A stretch of 44,268 bases of DNA, the filler included, from Sphacelaria rigidula (Eukaryota): assembly GCA_964200075.2 (NCBI GenBank). It is 2 parts of 2 records of this genome, joined end to end, with 100 filler letters (N's around TTAATTAATTAA, not from the genome) between each part and the next. Parts side by side here need not be neighbours in the genome. Positions count along the whole stretch, not along the records: positions 1 to 22,085 come from CAXNAA020000355.1; positions 22,186 to 44,268 come from CAXNAA020000356.1. One strand, given 5' to 3'. The notes beneath the pieces were generated by a model that worked only from the letters and a program-made list of their open reading frames with translations, did not search any database and was not told the DNA's origin. Below, one piece after another: positions 14,301-26,064 of this stretch; the stretch's first letter is position 1, and every line of letters starts with the position of its first letter. The position numbers were made by a program, and so were the translations under genes.

Positions 14301-15478
14301 TCCCGTGCTCAACAGCCAGCAAGGTAGTCCAAGGACCCGAAGTTCGTCCTTCAGTGTGACCTTTGCCGGAGCCTTCTTGTCCTGAGCGCTGAGGTGTAAT
14401 GGGATCTCCCCCGTTGCCAGCGCCTACAGCTGCCCCTTGTTCCTAAATGTACAGCTTCGATTCACCGTACGCGTATTTCTGATATCCTCTTCCCAGGGAG
14501 TCATGTTGAAATCTCTGTTGAGCCCCGGGTCGGCTTTGATACCGTCGGTTTTCGATTGGAACGTTACTGCCTCGTCACGGCATTCTATGTCGGACGTTAG
14601 GTATGTTGATGATGCTACGACTGTCTGTTGTAGTCTGTCGTACGTTACACCTAGCTGGGTTGTTAGCTGGATGAATACTTGTAGAAGCGCCTCCTTGATC
14701 CCGAGTAAAAGGGCTGCCCTCTTAGTCTCGTCGGCTTTGGCGTTACCACGCGCTTCGAATTCCCCCCAGATGGTGTCCAGCTTCACCAAAAAATGCTGAT
14801 TCCTCTGCAGAGTTGCATTGGAGATCCCGCAATCTTCTTTCCAAGCAAGCAAGTAGTTGCACAGGCCGCCCGTCCTGTGCACGTCCTCCGTAGATCCGTT
14901 CCAGCTCCAGCAAGGCTTCCCTACCGTCGGGGTTGCCACCGTGCTCGAATCGTGCGGCAATGGCTGCGGCTGACCCTTTCGTAGTCTGTGCCAGAAGGAA
15001 CCACAAGGATTGCGTATTGCGTTGGTATGTTTCGTACGCCCTACGTCGGTCTAGTGTTACGGTCGCTGTCGGAAAGCCCGGTGTGGCGTAGTCCGATCGC
15101 AGCAGAGGGTATCGTCCCTTTCCCCCTGCGTATCCCACGATGGCGAGTCTCCATGCATCCCATGTTTCCCCGTCAGTGTCCACCAGCGCCCGTCCAGTTC
15201 GGCAGCTTGAGTGGGTCTGCCTACATACTCTTCGAGGCTCACGAACCTTCGCACATGTGAGATGTGGTTTACGTGGTCGTGGCGCTCTTCCTCGCAGTGC
15301 ACCGTTTATAGCGGAGTAAGATTATTGTCACGAGCAATCTTGATGGGTTGAGCTAATGACAGACCTGCGTGGGGCGCTACATCGCCGTGCTTTTATCGTT
15401 TCTTCAGATGTCACCCGCTTGCTTGGTGTACAGCTCAATCTGAACCTTCTCTCTAAATCTCAGCCCTGAGCCCCAACT

Positions 15479-15663
15479 TTAGAGCTTACAATATAGAGCC
15501 ACGGAGCCGTTCTGGCTCGGGTGAATCACACTGGCTACAATACGGGTTCTCGGACCGTTCCTGTTGGTATCTCGTACTAAACCGTACTGGCTAATACCAG
15601 GCTGGTTGACTACATGCGCGAGAATGTACGTATGAGATATATGTCCAATACATAATATACACA
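15479..15663 (-). repeat. 5' LTR of copia element followed by PBS-like TGGGGCTCAG (~15475-15466)
   Basis: Homologous to 11223-11375 with a ~32-bp insertion; the TGG-starting motif lies 3 nt inside and resembles a tRNA-Pro-type PBS (TGGGGGCTC). Confidence 0.75.
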
Positions 15664-16079
15664 GGTCGATGGTCTTGCAGGTGCCTACTTTGCGAGTACT
15701 GCCCGACACCACTGTACACGATTCATTCGAAGAATATGCAAGAAGCCAACCGCGGGGTCAAAATCCCCCACCCTCATTCCTACCTACTGCTTGGACGAAG
15801 ACGAGGCGTCCGCTTTAAAATCGCAACGGATCCGGGTTTATGATTGCCTTGCACGTCGGTACCGATTTACTGGAGGTACGAAGTACTTCTCCGTTGATCC
15901 TCCCGTGCTTCGTCCGGTGAGTACCGGGCACGCATTGTGCCTCTCGGGTCCCAGCCGAGCCCTTTCTCCGTCGCTGTCTTCATGCCTCCTCTGCTCCAGG
16001 GCTGCGACCGAAAGTGCAGCAAAGGGTCCATCCTACACTATTTTTGCTCGTTCTTCATTTTCTTCAATTCGCAATCTAT

Positions 16080-16260
16080 TGATTGAATGTTCACACATCA
16101 ACTGATCCGCTGCAAGTCCAGTCGCAATCACAAGGTAGACGTTGATTGGTTGATTGATGGTCGCACATGAGCTCATCGTTATCCACAAGAGGGATCCAGT
16201 CGTGGTCGTTTTCCATAGGATAGACGTACCCAAGGTAAACAAGACGGAAACACTCACCAA
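16080..16260 (+). repeat. Dispersed repeat shared with ~44040-44150
   Basis: ttgattgatggtcgcacatgagctcatc / ttgattgacagtcgcacatcagctgatc and acgtacccaaggtaaacaagacggaaac / acgtacacaaggtaaacagaatggaaac. Confidence 0.6.
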
Positions 16261-18209
16261 AGGAAGCTCACGACATATCCAAGGTAACTAAGCGGAACCA
16301 CTTGCTGAAGAAAAGTCGAGAAAGGGGAAAGAAGACAACACAGGAGAGAACAACCGCAACGAACTTGGAACGAGAGCATGAAAATAAAAATACCAAGCAA
16401 AGTACGGAAATAGAAGGAGAAGAACACGAGAAACGCTGGGCTAAGGGCTACTCTTGGCGACGTTTTTGTGTGCGCCGAATTATGGGCATCTCCGGGAATG
16501 ATGGGCAAAACATTCCGCGAGCAGGACCTCCTTTCTTGGTGTACATGACGATAGACTGCGGAGATTTCTGGCCATTCATGGTAGACTGGCATGAGACAGA
16601 CTGGACTTTATACCTAAGCACCGCAAGCCCGCAAATAGCACACAAATTTCCCGAGCACATGATAGTAGTGTCTAGAATCATTAGGACTCGGGGTTTACTC
16701 AGCCGAAAGCTGTCAGCGCGACGTGGCACAAACGCCGCGGAAATTTTCCGACGCTTGGACTGCCAGCGCGAGGTATCTGTCGAGTCGGCATCATCTTCAC
16801 TTGAAAAAGGGCAAGGTCCAGATGACACACTCGCAGTTAAAGGGGTCATATTCGTGATCCTGCAAAGGCGCACAACATGTGGCCTGCGGAGACATCCGAA
16901 CTTTAGCGCTCCTGGGTGCTTTGTTTGAGTCAAGGCCGAAGTCCCCGTTGCAAGGTTAATCGCTCAGCTCATCGCCTACACGATCACTCAAATCTGCCGC
17001 CTTACCGTCAGCTATGCCTGCATCTTTATGTTGTTCAAATTTGGAAAACACTCGCATCATACTCAGACCTGCTCCAAAACCAGAACCAGGTAGTAGAGTG
17101 CAGTACAGCGCCAGCGCAGACACGATTATGGCAAGTGGCACCCGCTCAACAAACCGCGTAGTGCTCGATATAGCGCCCCTGCGATACACACACGCCATCA
17201 CTTTGTTTCATACCAAGGCAAGCTTTCCTGTAACTGTGACTACCTTTGAACCGCGCATAACCGTCACACGATCATCTTAAAACGGAGCACAACTCCCAGT
17301 GATCATCTTTGAAGCGGGTTAGGAACATGGTTAGGTGAAAAAGAAACGTGTGACGCTGGCCATGTGAACAGCCTGGACAGGAAAAACAAAGAGAACAAGA
17401 AGGATCGAGGAGGAAGGGAGGGAGGGAAAAAAGGGAGGAATAAAAAAGAAGGGAGAAAGGAATGAAGGGGAACACGCACGAAAAGAGAAAGCCGAAGCGG
17501 AAACAGAGGAAAGGAAAAGAGTGCGTACTCATTTGTAATTTTCCTTAGCCGTTAGCCCATTGACCATGCACCCCTTCCGAGACGGAGCAAAGGGGGAGGA
17601 ATCTCGAAGTTGAAGCAGAACATGCAGAGGAAACACAGCTAGTAAACATCACCTAAGTTTCAAGTCAAGGGAAAAGGCTAACAAACGATAGGATGGGACA
17701 CAGGATGTGCTGTATAAATGTATATATACATATACATATACACCAGTTTTCGTGCTACTCCAGCCTCCTCTACTCATGCCCACTCAGGGGGGAAGCAGGT
17801 CACTCTCCCGACAACTTCTACGTCGGATTTCTCGCGGGCTGTTTGCTACTGTTGTCATTGCAGTGGCGCCAGCCGTTCTATCGGCGGCTCTGAACACAGC
17901 ACCCCCTTGCTTTCAACGTTGGTCAAGTTGGCGAATGTCTCCGCGTCGCCGCGCCTCCTCCAAGCCTCTGCCTCTTCCTTGACCCCATGTACTTTGCTCA
18001 CATTCTTAGCGGTGGTGACTCAATTTTGAGAGTATTTGATGTAGACACCTTCAAGAACTCACTTCCTTAGTTCTCCCCCACGTCGGAAAGGCCATGAAGG
18101 CACAGAGGTTTGGGGACCTCGAGATTGTTCATGCGACATCCTCCTGTAACACTCACCACAACTACGCGCAGCATTTTCTCCAGCGGCGTCTCTACTATGG
18201 ATTACCGTA

Positions 18210-19700
18210 CTCACCTTTGGCTCATCATCTACGTGTACCAACTCTGAGGCCATGGCCAGCTCTCCTACGAAATGCTACAAGGTACCATCGACCAATGCTG
18301 CAACGAACATGTTGAACAGTAGCGGGGGCGAAACACACGCTTACCTGAGTCCCTGGTAGACGTGGAACCACCCTCGTAGCTCGCCATCATCCAGCTATAT
18401 CCGAGCTCGCGTGACATCTGGAACACAGGCTGGCCGTGATCTTCCGCGGCGGGACTGCAACACGGCAAAGTACCCTCCACAAAAGCGTGCTATCTACGGA
18501 GTCATACGCCTTCTATAGGCAGATTGAGCACATGTCCAATGGAATATTGCTCGCCCATCCCAACTGCTACAGTCGGCTTACTATGAACATGATATCGGTG
18601 GTCGATCGATGGCGATGGAACCCCCACTGTTATTCGGGAATACCCTGCCTCCTCGCAGAAACTACGGAGCTTGTCGGCAACGATTTTGAGTAGAAAGTAG
18701 CAACATGCGGTACGAGGGGAGTGCGCCTATAGTTACTGCACCACTCTCGATCCTCACTAGATCCTGCTGGTCGCCCCGGTGGCTCAGTTGGTAATCTCGA
18801 AACCTCCTGACGGTTGGGTCGAGGGTTCAATTCTCGGAGCGATCTGGGACTTTTTCCCACATCATGCCCAACAGTGGAGAGCGACTACGTCGTGGATACA
18901 CAAAATTCGACTCAACGGTCGATGAGGGAAAGGGACTGCTGAACCCCTCTCGCGATAAAAAATAAAGGCAAGCACCGCAGAAGGAAGGTGGGGTACTAGA
19001 AACAAAAAGGAAAAAAATGTGTTGACCTTCCTCCTGTGTGACCCCGGCTGGTGCACCCACATATAACAAAAGGTGTAGACAAACATCAAGAATAGATGGG
19101 ACGACAACACGCACACACACTAGACGTTTGAAGAGAAACGATGATGTCTTGGCAAGTGGTCCAAGACGTGCTAGGGCTCTCCGAATAATCCAAGCTGGAG
19201 AACTTCAGCAGGCAGCCCATTCGGTCCCATCACTTTGCTGTCAGCCGAAGCTCTCTCTACCTCTTCTGTGCCATCCAGGACTAGCGAAATGCCAAGTGAT
19301 ACGGCTTTTCGGCGCTAGTGTGATGCTCTCGGTGACGGTTAAATCGATAGTTGCCGATGTTTCATTCAGCAAAATAGATAAGAACCATTTCCATCTCTCA
19401 ATGATTGGATTTATGTGCCACAGCACTTGCCCCCTCTCTCCCGTGATGTACTGTTTTCTCTCCAACTTTTTTGCCCATAGCTTCCATGCTCCTTTCAGAT
19501 GCCCGTACCGGCCTCTTAAGTCTCCAATTTCGATGTACACCTGGAGTTCTTGGCATAGGCACCACGTACTTTACTTGTCCAACCTAACTAGGGTAACCTC
19601 AATCAGCCTCCTAGAAGCTGCTCGCCAGGTATGCCAGGTGGGGCTACCTCTCGGTCCTATTCGTGACGCCACACTCACCCTCTCCCGCCCATTCAGGTTC
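18210..19700 (-). mobile_element. Degenerate non-LTR retrotransposon (LINE, RTE-like) ORF2 fragment, interrupted by a SINE
   Basis: Minus-strand remnants QYITGERGQVL..IIERW..FL..LLN, KVMGPNGLPAEVLQLG, NYR, QWGF..RSTTD.MF, KAYDSVD, QGLR*ACVSPPLLFNMF; boundaries approximate. Confidence 0.85.
18762..19117 (+). mobile_element. tRNA-derived SINE (copy 1), candidate TSD CACTAGA
   Basis: Head GGTCGCCCCGGTGGCTCAGTTGG (box A)...GGTTCAATTC (box B); (CA)n tail; homologous to 27536-27911; cactaga at 18755-18761 and 19118-19124. Confidence 0.8.
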
Positions 19701-22085
19701 GTTTAAACTCGACTCGAATCGCAGCATCCTCGAACCGCCCTTGTATACGGAGCTATCGGGTCGTATATGACATTACCATCTCCACGGATCTCAAAAGTAT
19801 GTGAGCAAAATTGGCATCCAATTTGCCGACGGTATATCCCGGATTTCCCTGCCTGAGCTCGACGACGATACGCTGTATGAGCGGCTCACGCCTGTTCGTC
19901 TCAGACGGTATTGTCGGCCCATCTTTGGTTGCGCCCAGTAGGGGTTCGCCGGTATATATTGCGTGCAACTAGGGCAAGTAGCAGTGTGGCGCCCACGATG
20001 TTGTGATCTGAGTCTGGCGAATTTCGACTGTTGAGGGTGAACGGTGACAATTGAACCAGCCGGTGGTGCGCTTGCGGTGTGATGATGTAGTCAGCACATT
20101 TCTCATCGGCGGGGTGGCTTACCATACAGTTGAACGTACGCAACACGCCCCTCTTGGGGGTAGAAAAATGTACTGACCAGGGCAAGCTTGTCGGCAACTG
20201 CAAGTTATAGCAATGCAGAACAAGTGAAAAGTAGTGGACATATCCCGTTAATAAAAAAAACACATCGCTTAAACCAACTTCCAAACAGTAACACTCATTG
20301 AAACATGTGTATCATTCTCTAAAGTCGAGATGCAGCCTCGCCACAAGTCGATCTTCCTTCAATGCTCCGACGCTGCCATCAAGGGGTTATGGAACTTGAG
20401 TTCAGTAGTTGATATTCCACATCAAAAGTCGAGTACTTCGTACCAGCCACACTAGAATGAAGTGACTAACGTGAACCCACCCCGCTGCCCCAGTATTCCC
20501 CGGTCTTTTTTAATTGATATAGTATCGCCGTATTTACAAATATATACGACAGAGTATATAGTCGTAGTCGAAACGACCTACCCCTGATCCACGAGGGGTT
20601 GACCTGCCAACCACCTTTTCATTCTCAGATTGGCGCACCAACGGAACGAGAGGAACTTCGCGGGCGGTGGGCCCCTCTGAAGTAGTGCCTCAGCATCACA
20701 CCGCCAAACGTCTTCCGGAGTTCGTTACAGTATGGTTCAAGGCAAATTATATGGCGACACCTGGAGCACTTGGTGACCGTTGTACAGTTGGTTGATTCAG
20801 TGCACACATGGAGCAAGTGCCGATTTTTAAATCTACGCGAACCCCTGTCTTCGGTTTCTAAGAGATACTTCATATCATACCAGTCGAACGTGACGAGGCG
20901 TTTTGTCGGGTTTTCTGTTCTCAACGAACAAATGCAGAGCGAGACCGGACGGCGATTCCGTGGCCGGGAGAACAAGATTCAGACGTCGAGGCAGCATTGC
21001 TCGAGACAGACGGAGGTGAACAGGGTCTTGGCATTGATAGAAGAGTAGGTAGTCAAGCCACACTTCTGAAAAGGTACGAAAGCTGATGCACCACCTCGCA
21101 TCACGTGTGCGCCCACAGATGGCGAAGAAACGAGTACAATTTCACTGCACTTGAGCAGCGCAAGCGAGAGCTCTCTTCTCGAGGAAGACTTGTTTCTCAG
21201 TCGTCTTGAGCTCTTGGAGAAGACATTAACTATTGCGCGTGACGCCATCGTCACAACATTTCGGACGTCTCGCGGTAAGCGTGTTGCTCATTACGTACGT
21301 GAGATAATAGAGATTGTATCAGTTACAATTGTTCTGAGATTCGTTCCCAGCACACACAGGTGTCACTTTGCTGCATTTCTTTACTTTATATTGGAGTACA
21401 TATCTTTTGGGGCCCTTCCGTCCTCTGAAGCTCTGAGAAGCCAGGATCTCTCCCTACTCTAATTTAGAGTACACTTTTTCGCTGATTATGTATATCAGCC
21501 TCTTCGCTTGCATTTCGCTGGACATTACGGTGCGTCCCGGTTCTGCATGGGTTTAGAGTTCATACGTTTTCCGCGCTGTATTTTGCATGGTGTTTTGACC
21601 TTGCGATGCGTTTCGTTTTATGCATTTCCTCGCTGGACGTCTCGGTGGATCCTTTGACCGTCGGAGATGCCACCTCTCGATCGTGCACAGGCCACTTTCA
21701 TTCGTGAAACCGGCATCGTTTTCACTTGAAAATTGAATCGGCATCATGCTCAGTTGAAAAGCGGCAGTGTGCCATCGCTGCCCGTTCAATTCTCGGGGCA
21801 CACCTCGAGCATATTATTGTGATCTTCCCCGAATGTCGCATCGTCTCGACTGTACTTCCCTTTTTTTACCGTCTCTGGACTGCTGTTTGTAGAGTAGTAC
21901 ACGTACGTGCAGGCCAGGAGGGCTCTATATGTTGTAGCTGCTGCTACTACTCTACCGTACATGCGATACTTTCATTATGAGGCAGGGGGCAGCGAAAAAA
22001 AAAATCAGGACACGTGGGCCCCAAGATCGAAAAATCGAGTTTCTTTGGGGGGGGGGGGGGGCGCGGAGGGGTGAACCCCTGAGTT

Positions 22086-22185
22086 NNNNNNNNNNNNNNN
22101 NNNNNNNNNNNNNNNNNNNNNNNNNNNNNTTAATTAATTAANNNNNNNNNNNNNNNNNNNNNNNNNNNNNNNNNNNNNNNNNNNN
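22086..22185. other. Artificial scaffold gap/linker: 44 N + TTAATTAATTAA + 44 N
   Basis: A six-frame stop linker centred in an exactly 100-bp spacer. Confidence 0.9.
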
Positions 22186-22438
22186 TAAAAAAATGACTCA
22201 CTCAAAGCGAATGATCAAAGCCACGCTCAATCGTATCATCTACTCTCAATCTCACGAAACCGCAGCAGCTGCGGATGATACTGTCAGCACAGTCCACATC
22301 CGTCCCACGAAATAGAACAAACATTGTCATTTTTTTCGATCGACTCGACGACCGCCCCGCAACTGTTCCGATTCCATCCTCACGTATCCATTCGCGGATT
22401 CTCTCGCACCCCCTCTCCGTGCTCGCACGTTTGGTCAG

Positions 22439-23077
22439 GAATCGAGCAGGGGAGGTCTGGGACTGTTTGCGGTGGAGGCGATGAAGCCCGAAGACTCACC
22501 ACCTATGGCGTTGATGGGTTCCTTTGTGGTGTGCGATTTACTTCAGCTAGGGCAGGCGATGGAAACAGATGGTGTGCCTAGATACGAAATCTGTAAAGCG
22601 CCTCAGTTTTCGAAGTTGTTGCAGCCATGGGAGGTGTCGAACGAGGGTTCGACGTTGTACCTGAAACCCGAGCGTAGGACCTTCCTGTATTATATGAACT
22701 CGTCCGAACCTGTCGAGGACGACACGAATGTTGTACCCAGCAGTGTCTTCGCCAAGGAGCACGACACCCCCGTAGTTGATCTTCAAGAGACGAAGTCGAT
22801 ACTGCGGAACAGCATTGAAGGCATAATGTTCAAGGTCACACGCCCTATTGGTATGGGAGAGGAGTTGCTCTGCCAATATCCAATTTTCGACGGGAAGGCG
22901 GATGTGCAACGCGTTGGTTCCCAGGGCGGTTCGCCCAATAGAGACGTAGTAGACGGTACGGTCGATGGCGAGACGAAACGGGGCGGCGAAGAAGAGTCTA
23001 GCAGCGACGGCGGTAGTTCGGACGGCGGTGCTGATGATGAACAGGACCTTGATTATGTTCCATCACGAACGGGATAG
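22439..23077 (+). CDS. SET-domain protein (compact, vSET-like) with acidic tail; terminal exon
   Basis: cag|GAA in frame gives ESSRGGLGLFAVEAMKP (motif I GxGxFA), YYMNSS (NHS-like) and FKVTRPIGMGEELLCQY (GEELxxxY); open frame to TAG 23077. Confidence 0.8.
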   Translation, partial: ESSRGGLGLFAVEAMKPEDSPPMALMGSFVVCDLLQLGQAMETDGVPRYEICKAPQFSKLLQPWEVSNEGSTLYLKPERRTFLYYMNSSEPVEDDTNVVPSSVFAKEHDTPVVDLQETKSILRNSIEGIMFKVTRPIGMGEELLCQYPIFDGKADVQRVGSQGGSPNRDVVDGTVDGETKRGGEEESSSDGGSSDGGADDEQDLDYVPSRTG

Positions 23078-24375
23078 CCGTCCCTGTGCGACGAGGCATG
23101 TTATTTAGTCTTTTTGGTAACGTAGACATCATTCGCGATCCTCTGGTGATGTTCGTGTGTTGAGATCACTTGTGGACTGTCTTCGAGTAGTGATTGCCTG
23201 CCGCTGCCATTCCAGTCTTCGTTGTTGTTTAGTCGCCGATGAAAGGAACAGGGTAGAAGACGACGCCGACAATAATGCAGGAAATCTAGTTGACCGCTTG
23301 ATTCTGTCGTAGCGGGTGTTTCCCGCCATTGGGGGGGGGGCCTTTGCCGCCAAATGCGTCATTTACACAAAATAAAAGGTAAGTTTTTGCTCGAAAATGC
23401 GAACAAGCCTAAAATGACCTCGCGACACAACGGGTTTGTTCGCAAGACAATCGCTTGCACGTAGCCGGATTGAGGGATGGTGCTCCGTCAGTGACAGTGA
23501 TAACTGGATTCCCGACACGGTTTTAGGACTACTTCGCGTGTCTTGTCGGGAACACTTCACGAAATTTGTCTTGTTACCATTGTGTACTATTCACACGCAA
23601 ACAAGCGTGACATCGACACTTTCATGCATGGAGAGTAGTGACGTATCACCAGTTACCGCACCAGGATTCTCCAAAGTCGCAAGCAAGTGTTTTCGCATGA
23701 ATAGCAGAGAAACGTCCAACAGTTTAAACGGCAGGATTTTGCATCAATTTGCGAGGTAAGCGTTTCGTCCATTAATGATGCAGGCCCAACCGACCGCTCA
23801 AAGCCATGAAAAGCCTCCTCTCAAGCCTACTCTCAATCGTATCGAAGGTTCTCAATCTCACGAAAACATTGTTTTTCATAGTCTACGTAGTTTGAGCCCC
23901 ATGAGCTATGAACGTCCACGGTGTTCGGTTCCGAGATTTTGTCCGCTGATGGTCCCGTGAGGTTTTGGGGGGGGATCGTGTTTTGAGGGTGTACAGCGGA
24001 TGGGCGTTAAAACGCACATAGCGAGCGGTTTAGCAGAAGTGACGCGAAACTTTTCAGATTCAGCCGACAGAATGTGCGAGCAGCAGCATGCATGAACAGC
24101 GTTATGTATGTTGTGTTTCGTTTATGAATCAGTCTGTTGTTGTGTGTACTCACATCCTCGCACAGCCGTGTATGGGCGTGTCCACATGTATGTATGCACT
24201 GATGCTGGCACGGCTACCGCTGGGTCCTACTACTTTTCTCTACTGCACTGTACGGTGACGTCCCTTTGGTGGTGGCCGTGTGGTCCATGTACGAATGACG
24301 GTGACGCACGGCATGTGTATGGCGACGCCGTCGTTTGTTTGCATGCGTCAATCGTGTCCATCGAGAACAATATCC

Positions 24376-24630
24376 GAGTGATTCTACGGTAGGGGTGCAT
24401 AAATATTTTTGAGGTTAGAAGTGTTAGGAGCCCTCTACCTCATCCAAAACACTACTGACAAAATAAGTGAGAGTACGCCAGGATTACTATTTCAATGTGC
24501 TAGGACTGTCCCGAATGAATTTGCAAACGGGGATGCCCTGGCCCATGTTCTAGTGCGTCTGGAATCGTTGGGAGCCCCTGAACTAGACAAGATTTTGCGA
24601 ACAAAGTGCACCCGTACCGTAGCATTGCTC
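24376..24630 (+). mobile_element. MITE with ~24-bp TIRs (GAG...CTC) and 4-bp TSD ATCC; Sola2-like
   Basis: GAGTGATTCTACGGTAGGGGTGCA ... TGCACCCGTACCGTAGCATTGCTC, flanked by atcc on both sides. Confidence 0.85.
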
Positions 24631-24751
24631 ATCCTGAACCCTCCCAGAAACGCCCGTCTATTTGGCATCCAAGTAGGGGCCCAAGCGTTTCAAGCGTTGG
24701 TTAACGATTTAAGTGTAGAGATTGGGAGGGGGGTGGGGGCAGCGCGCTCGG

Positions 24752-24932
24752 GAGTGGTGCTACGGAGAGGGTGCAAAAATATATTTCGAGGTTCGAATGG
24801 TTGGAAGCCCTTTATCTCATCCAAGAGACGATAAACGCGATATGTCAGAGCACGCCACGATCAGTATTCCAATGGGCAAGGGATACCCCGAATGACGTTG
24901 AAAATGGGAATGTCCCTACCGTATCATGACTC
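24752..24932 (+). mobile_element. Diverged, internally deleted third copy of the same MITE family
   Basis: GAGTGGTGCTACGGAGAGGGTGCA ... CCCTACCGTATCATGACTC; interior aligns to copy 1; no TSD retained. Confidence 0.65.
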
Positions 24933-25806
24933 TTGCAGTGTCCCTGTGTCGACCTATTACTTCCGGAAAACGATCGCCCGCAGTGGTTTGTTTCCAACAA
25001 AGCCACATATATATGTTTAACGACGAGTGGCGATTTCTTGACTCAAGGAAGACGGTGGCTATAGGCGAAGTCGAAGTCTCGTTGGAAAATGACGAGCTGT
25101 CGGTGGCACCGCCCGCACCCCAGGCTGAAGATGAAAATGAGGTCATCCACCACGTGTCTCGAGCGTTGCGAGCCGCCGGCGGAACGCGTTGGCACCCACC
25201 CGAGTAAAGCGTCGATCCGGAGCTTCGACTGTGTGCGCACCACAGACCTTCACTGATCGATCGCGTCATTGACTGTCGAACATGCTCTACAGATAGATAC
25301 TTCACCAACGATAGAAGCAACACGGCACGAATCTCTACCCTCTTATCCAATTTCAACTCCGCACACACGCCCCACCCCCAGAAAAAAATGATCCCAAAAC
25401 AAATAAACGAATATTTCGGCCAACTCTCACCCCGTAATATCGTTGAACAAAAAACATTCACGGCGAAGTCGATGACTAGGTAAACTAAACCCCCTGATGC
25501 AATGAGCGCCAGAATGTTGGAGGTGTCTCTATTAGGAGTAGGAACGGTGCTCCGTCTNNNNNNATAGTCTCGAAAGGGATGCGTGGTCAATGGTCAAATG
25601 ACTAAGGCAAGCAACAAATGAGTACGCCCCCCCCTGATGCTCGTGCATTGCCGCCCGCAACTTCTATTCATCTGGCTTCACAATCTACGCCTAAACTCTC
25701 TCTCTCTATACAGGAAACACAGGAAGACAGGAACCTCACACTAAATCTCCCGCATACAACACCTTCCCGAGAAAAGTACCCCAGGATATCAAGTGAACAC
25801 ATAGTA

Positions 25807-26064
25807 GAGCAATGCTACGGTAGGGGTGCACTTTGTTCGCGAAATCTTGTCTGGTTCAGGGGCTCCCAACGATTCCAGATGCACAAGAATATGGGCCAGG
25901 GCATCCCCATTCGCAAATTCATTCGGGACAATCCTAGCACATTGGAATAGTAATCCTGGCGTACGCTCACTTGTTTCGTAAGTCGTGTTTTGGATGAGGT
26001 AGAGGGCCCTTCCAACAGTTCTAACCTCAGAAAATATTTGTGCACCACTATCGTAGCACCACTC
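25807..26064 (-). mobile_element. MITE copy 2 (inverted relative to copy 1), 4-bp TSD AGTA; Sola2-like
   Basis: Reverse complement of 24376-24630; agta at 25803-25806 and 26065-26068. Confidence 0.85.

Larger units (their letters stand above)
11223..15663 (-). mobile_element. Ty1/copia LTR retrotransposon, degenerate (stops and frameshifts)
   Basis: Minus-strand order: gag (DGETWDAWRL), GAG-pre-integrase (WYDTLGH...CSVC), integrase (VHTDLEGP, FVDEAS, GDNAGE, TPQFNRIAER), RT (KARLVARGFTQ region), RNase H (LVGYADSDWA...RRSVTGY...SSPEAE); flanked by LTRs with a PPT and a PBS-like site. Confidence 0.95.

Noticed and set aside
13019-14799. Plus-strand ORFs of 100-200 aa
   Set aside because: Antisense to the copia gag-pol
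18769-18840. tRNA gene
   Set aside because: Has A/B boxes but no clean cloverleaf; it is the head of a SINE present twice in the window
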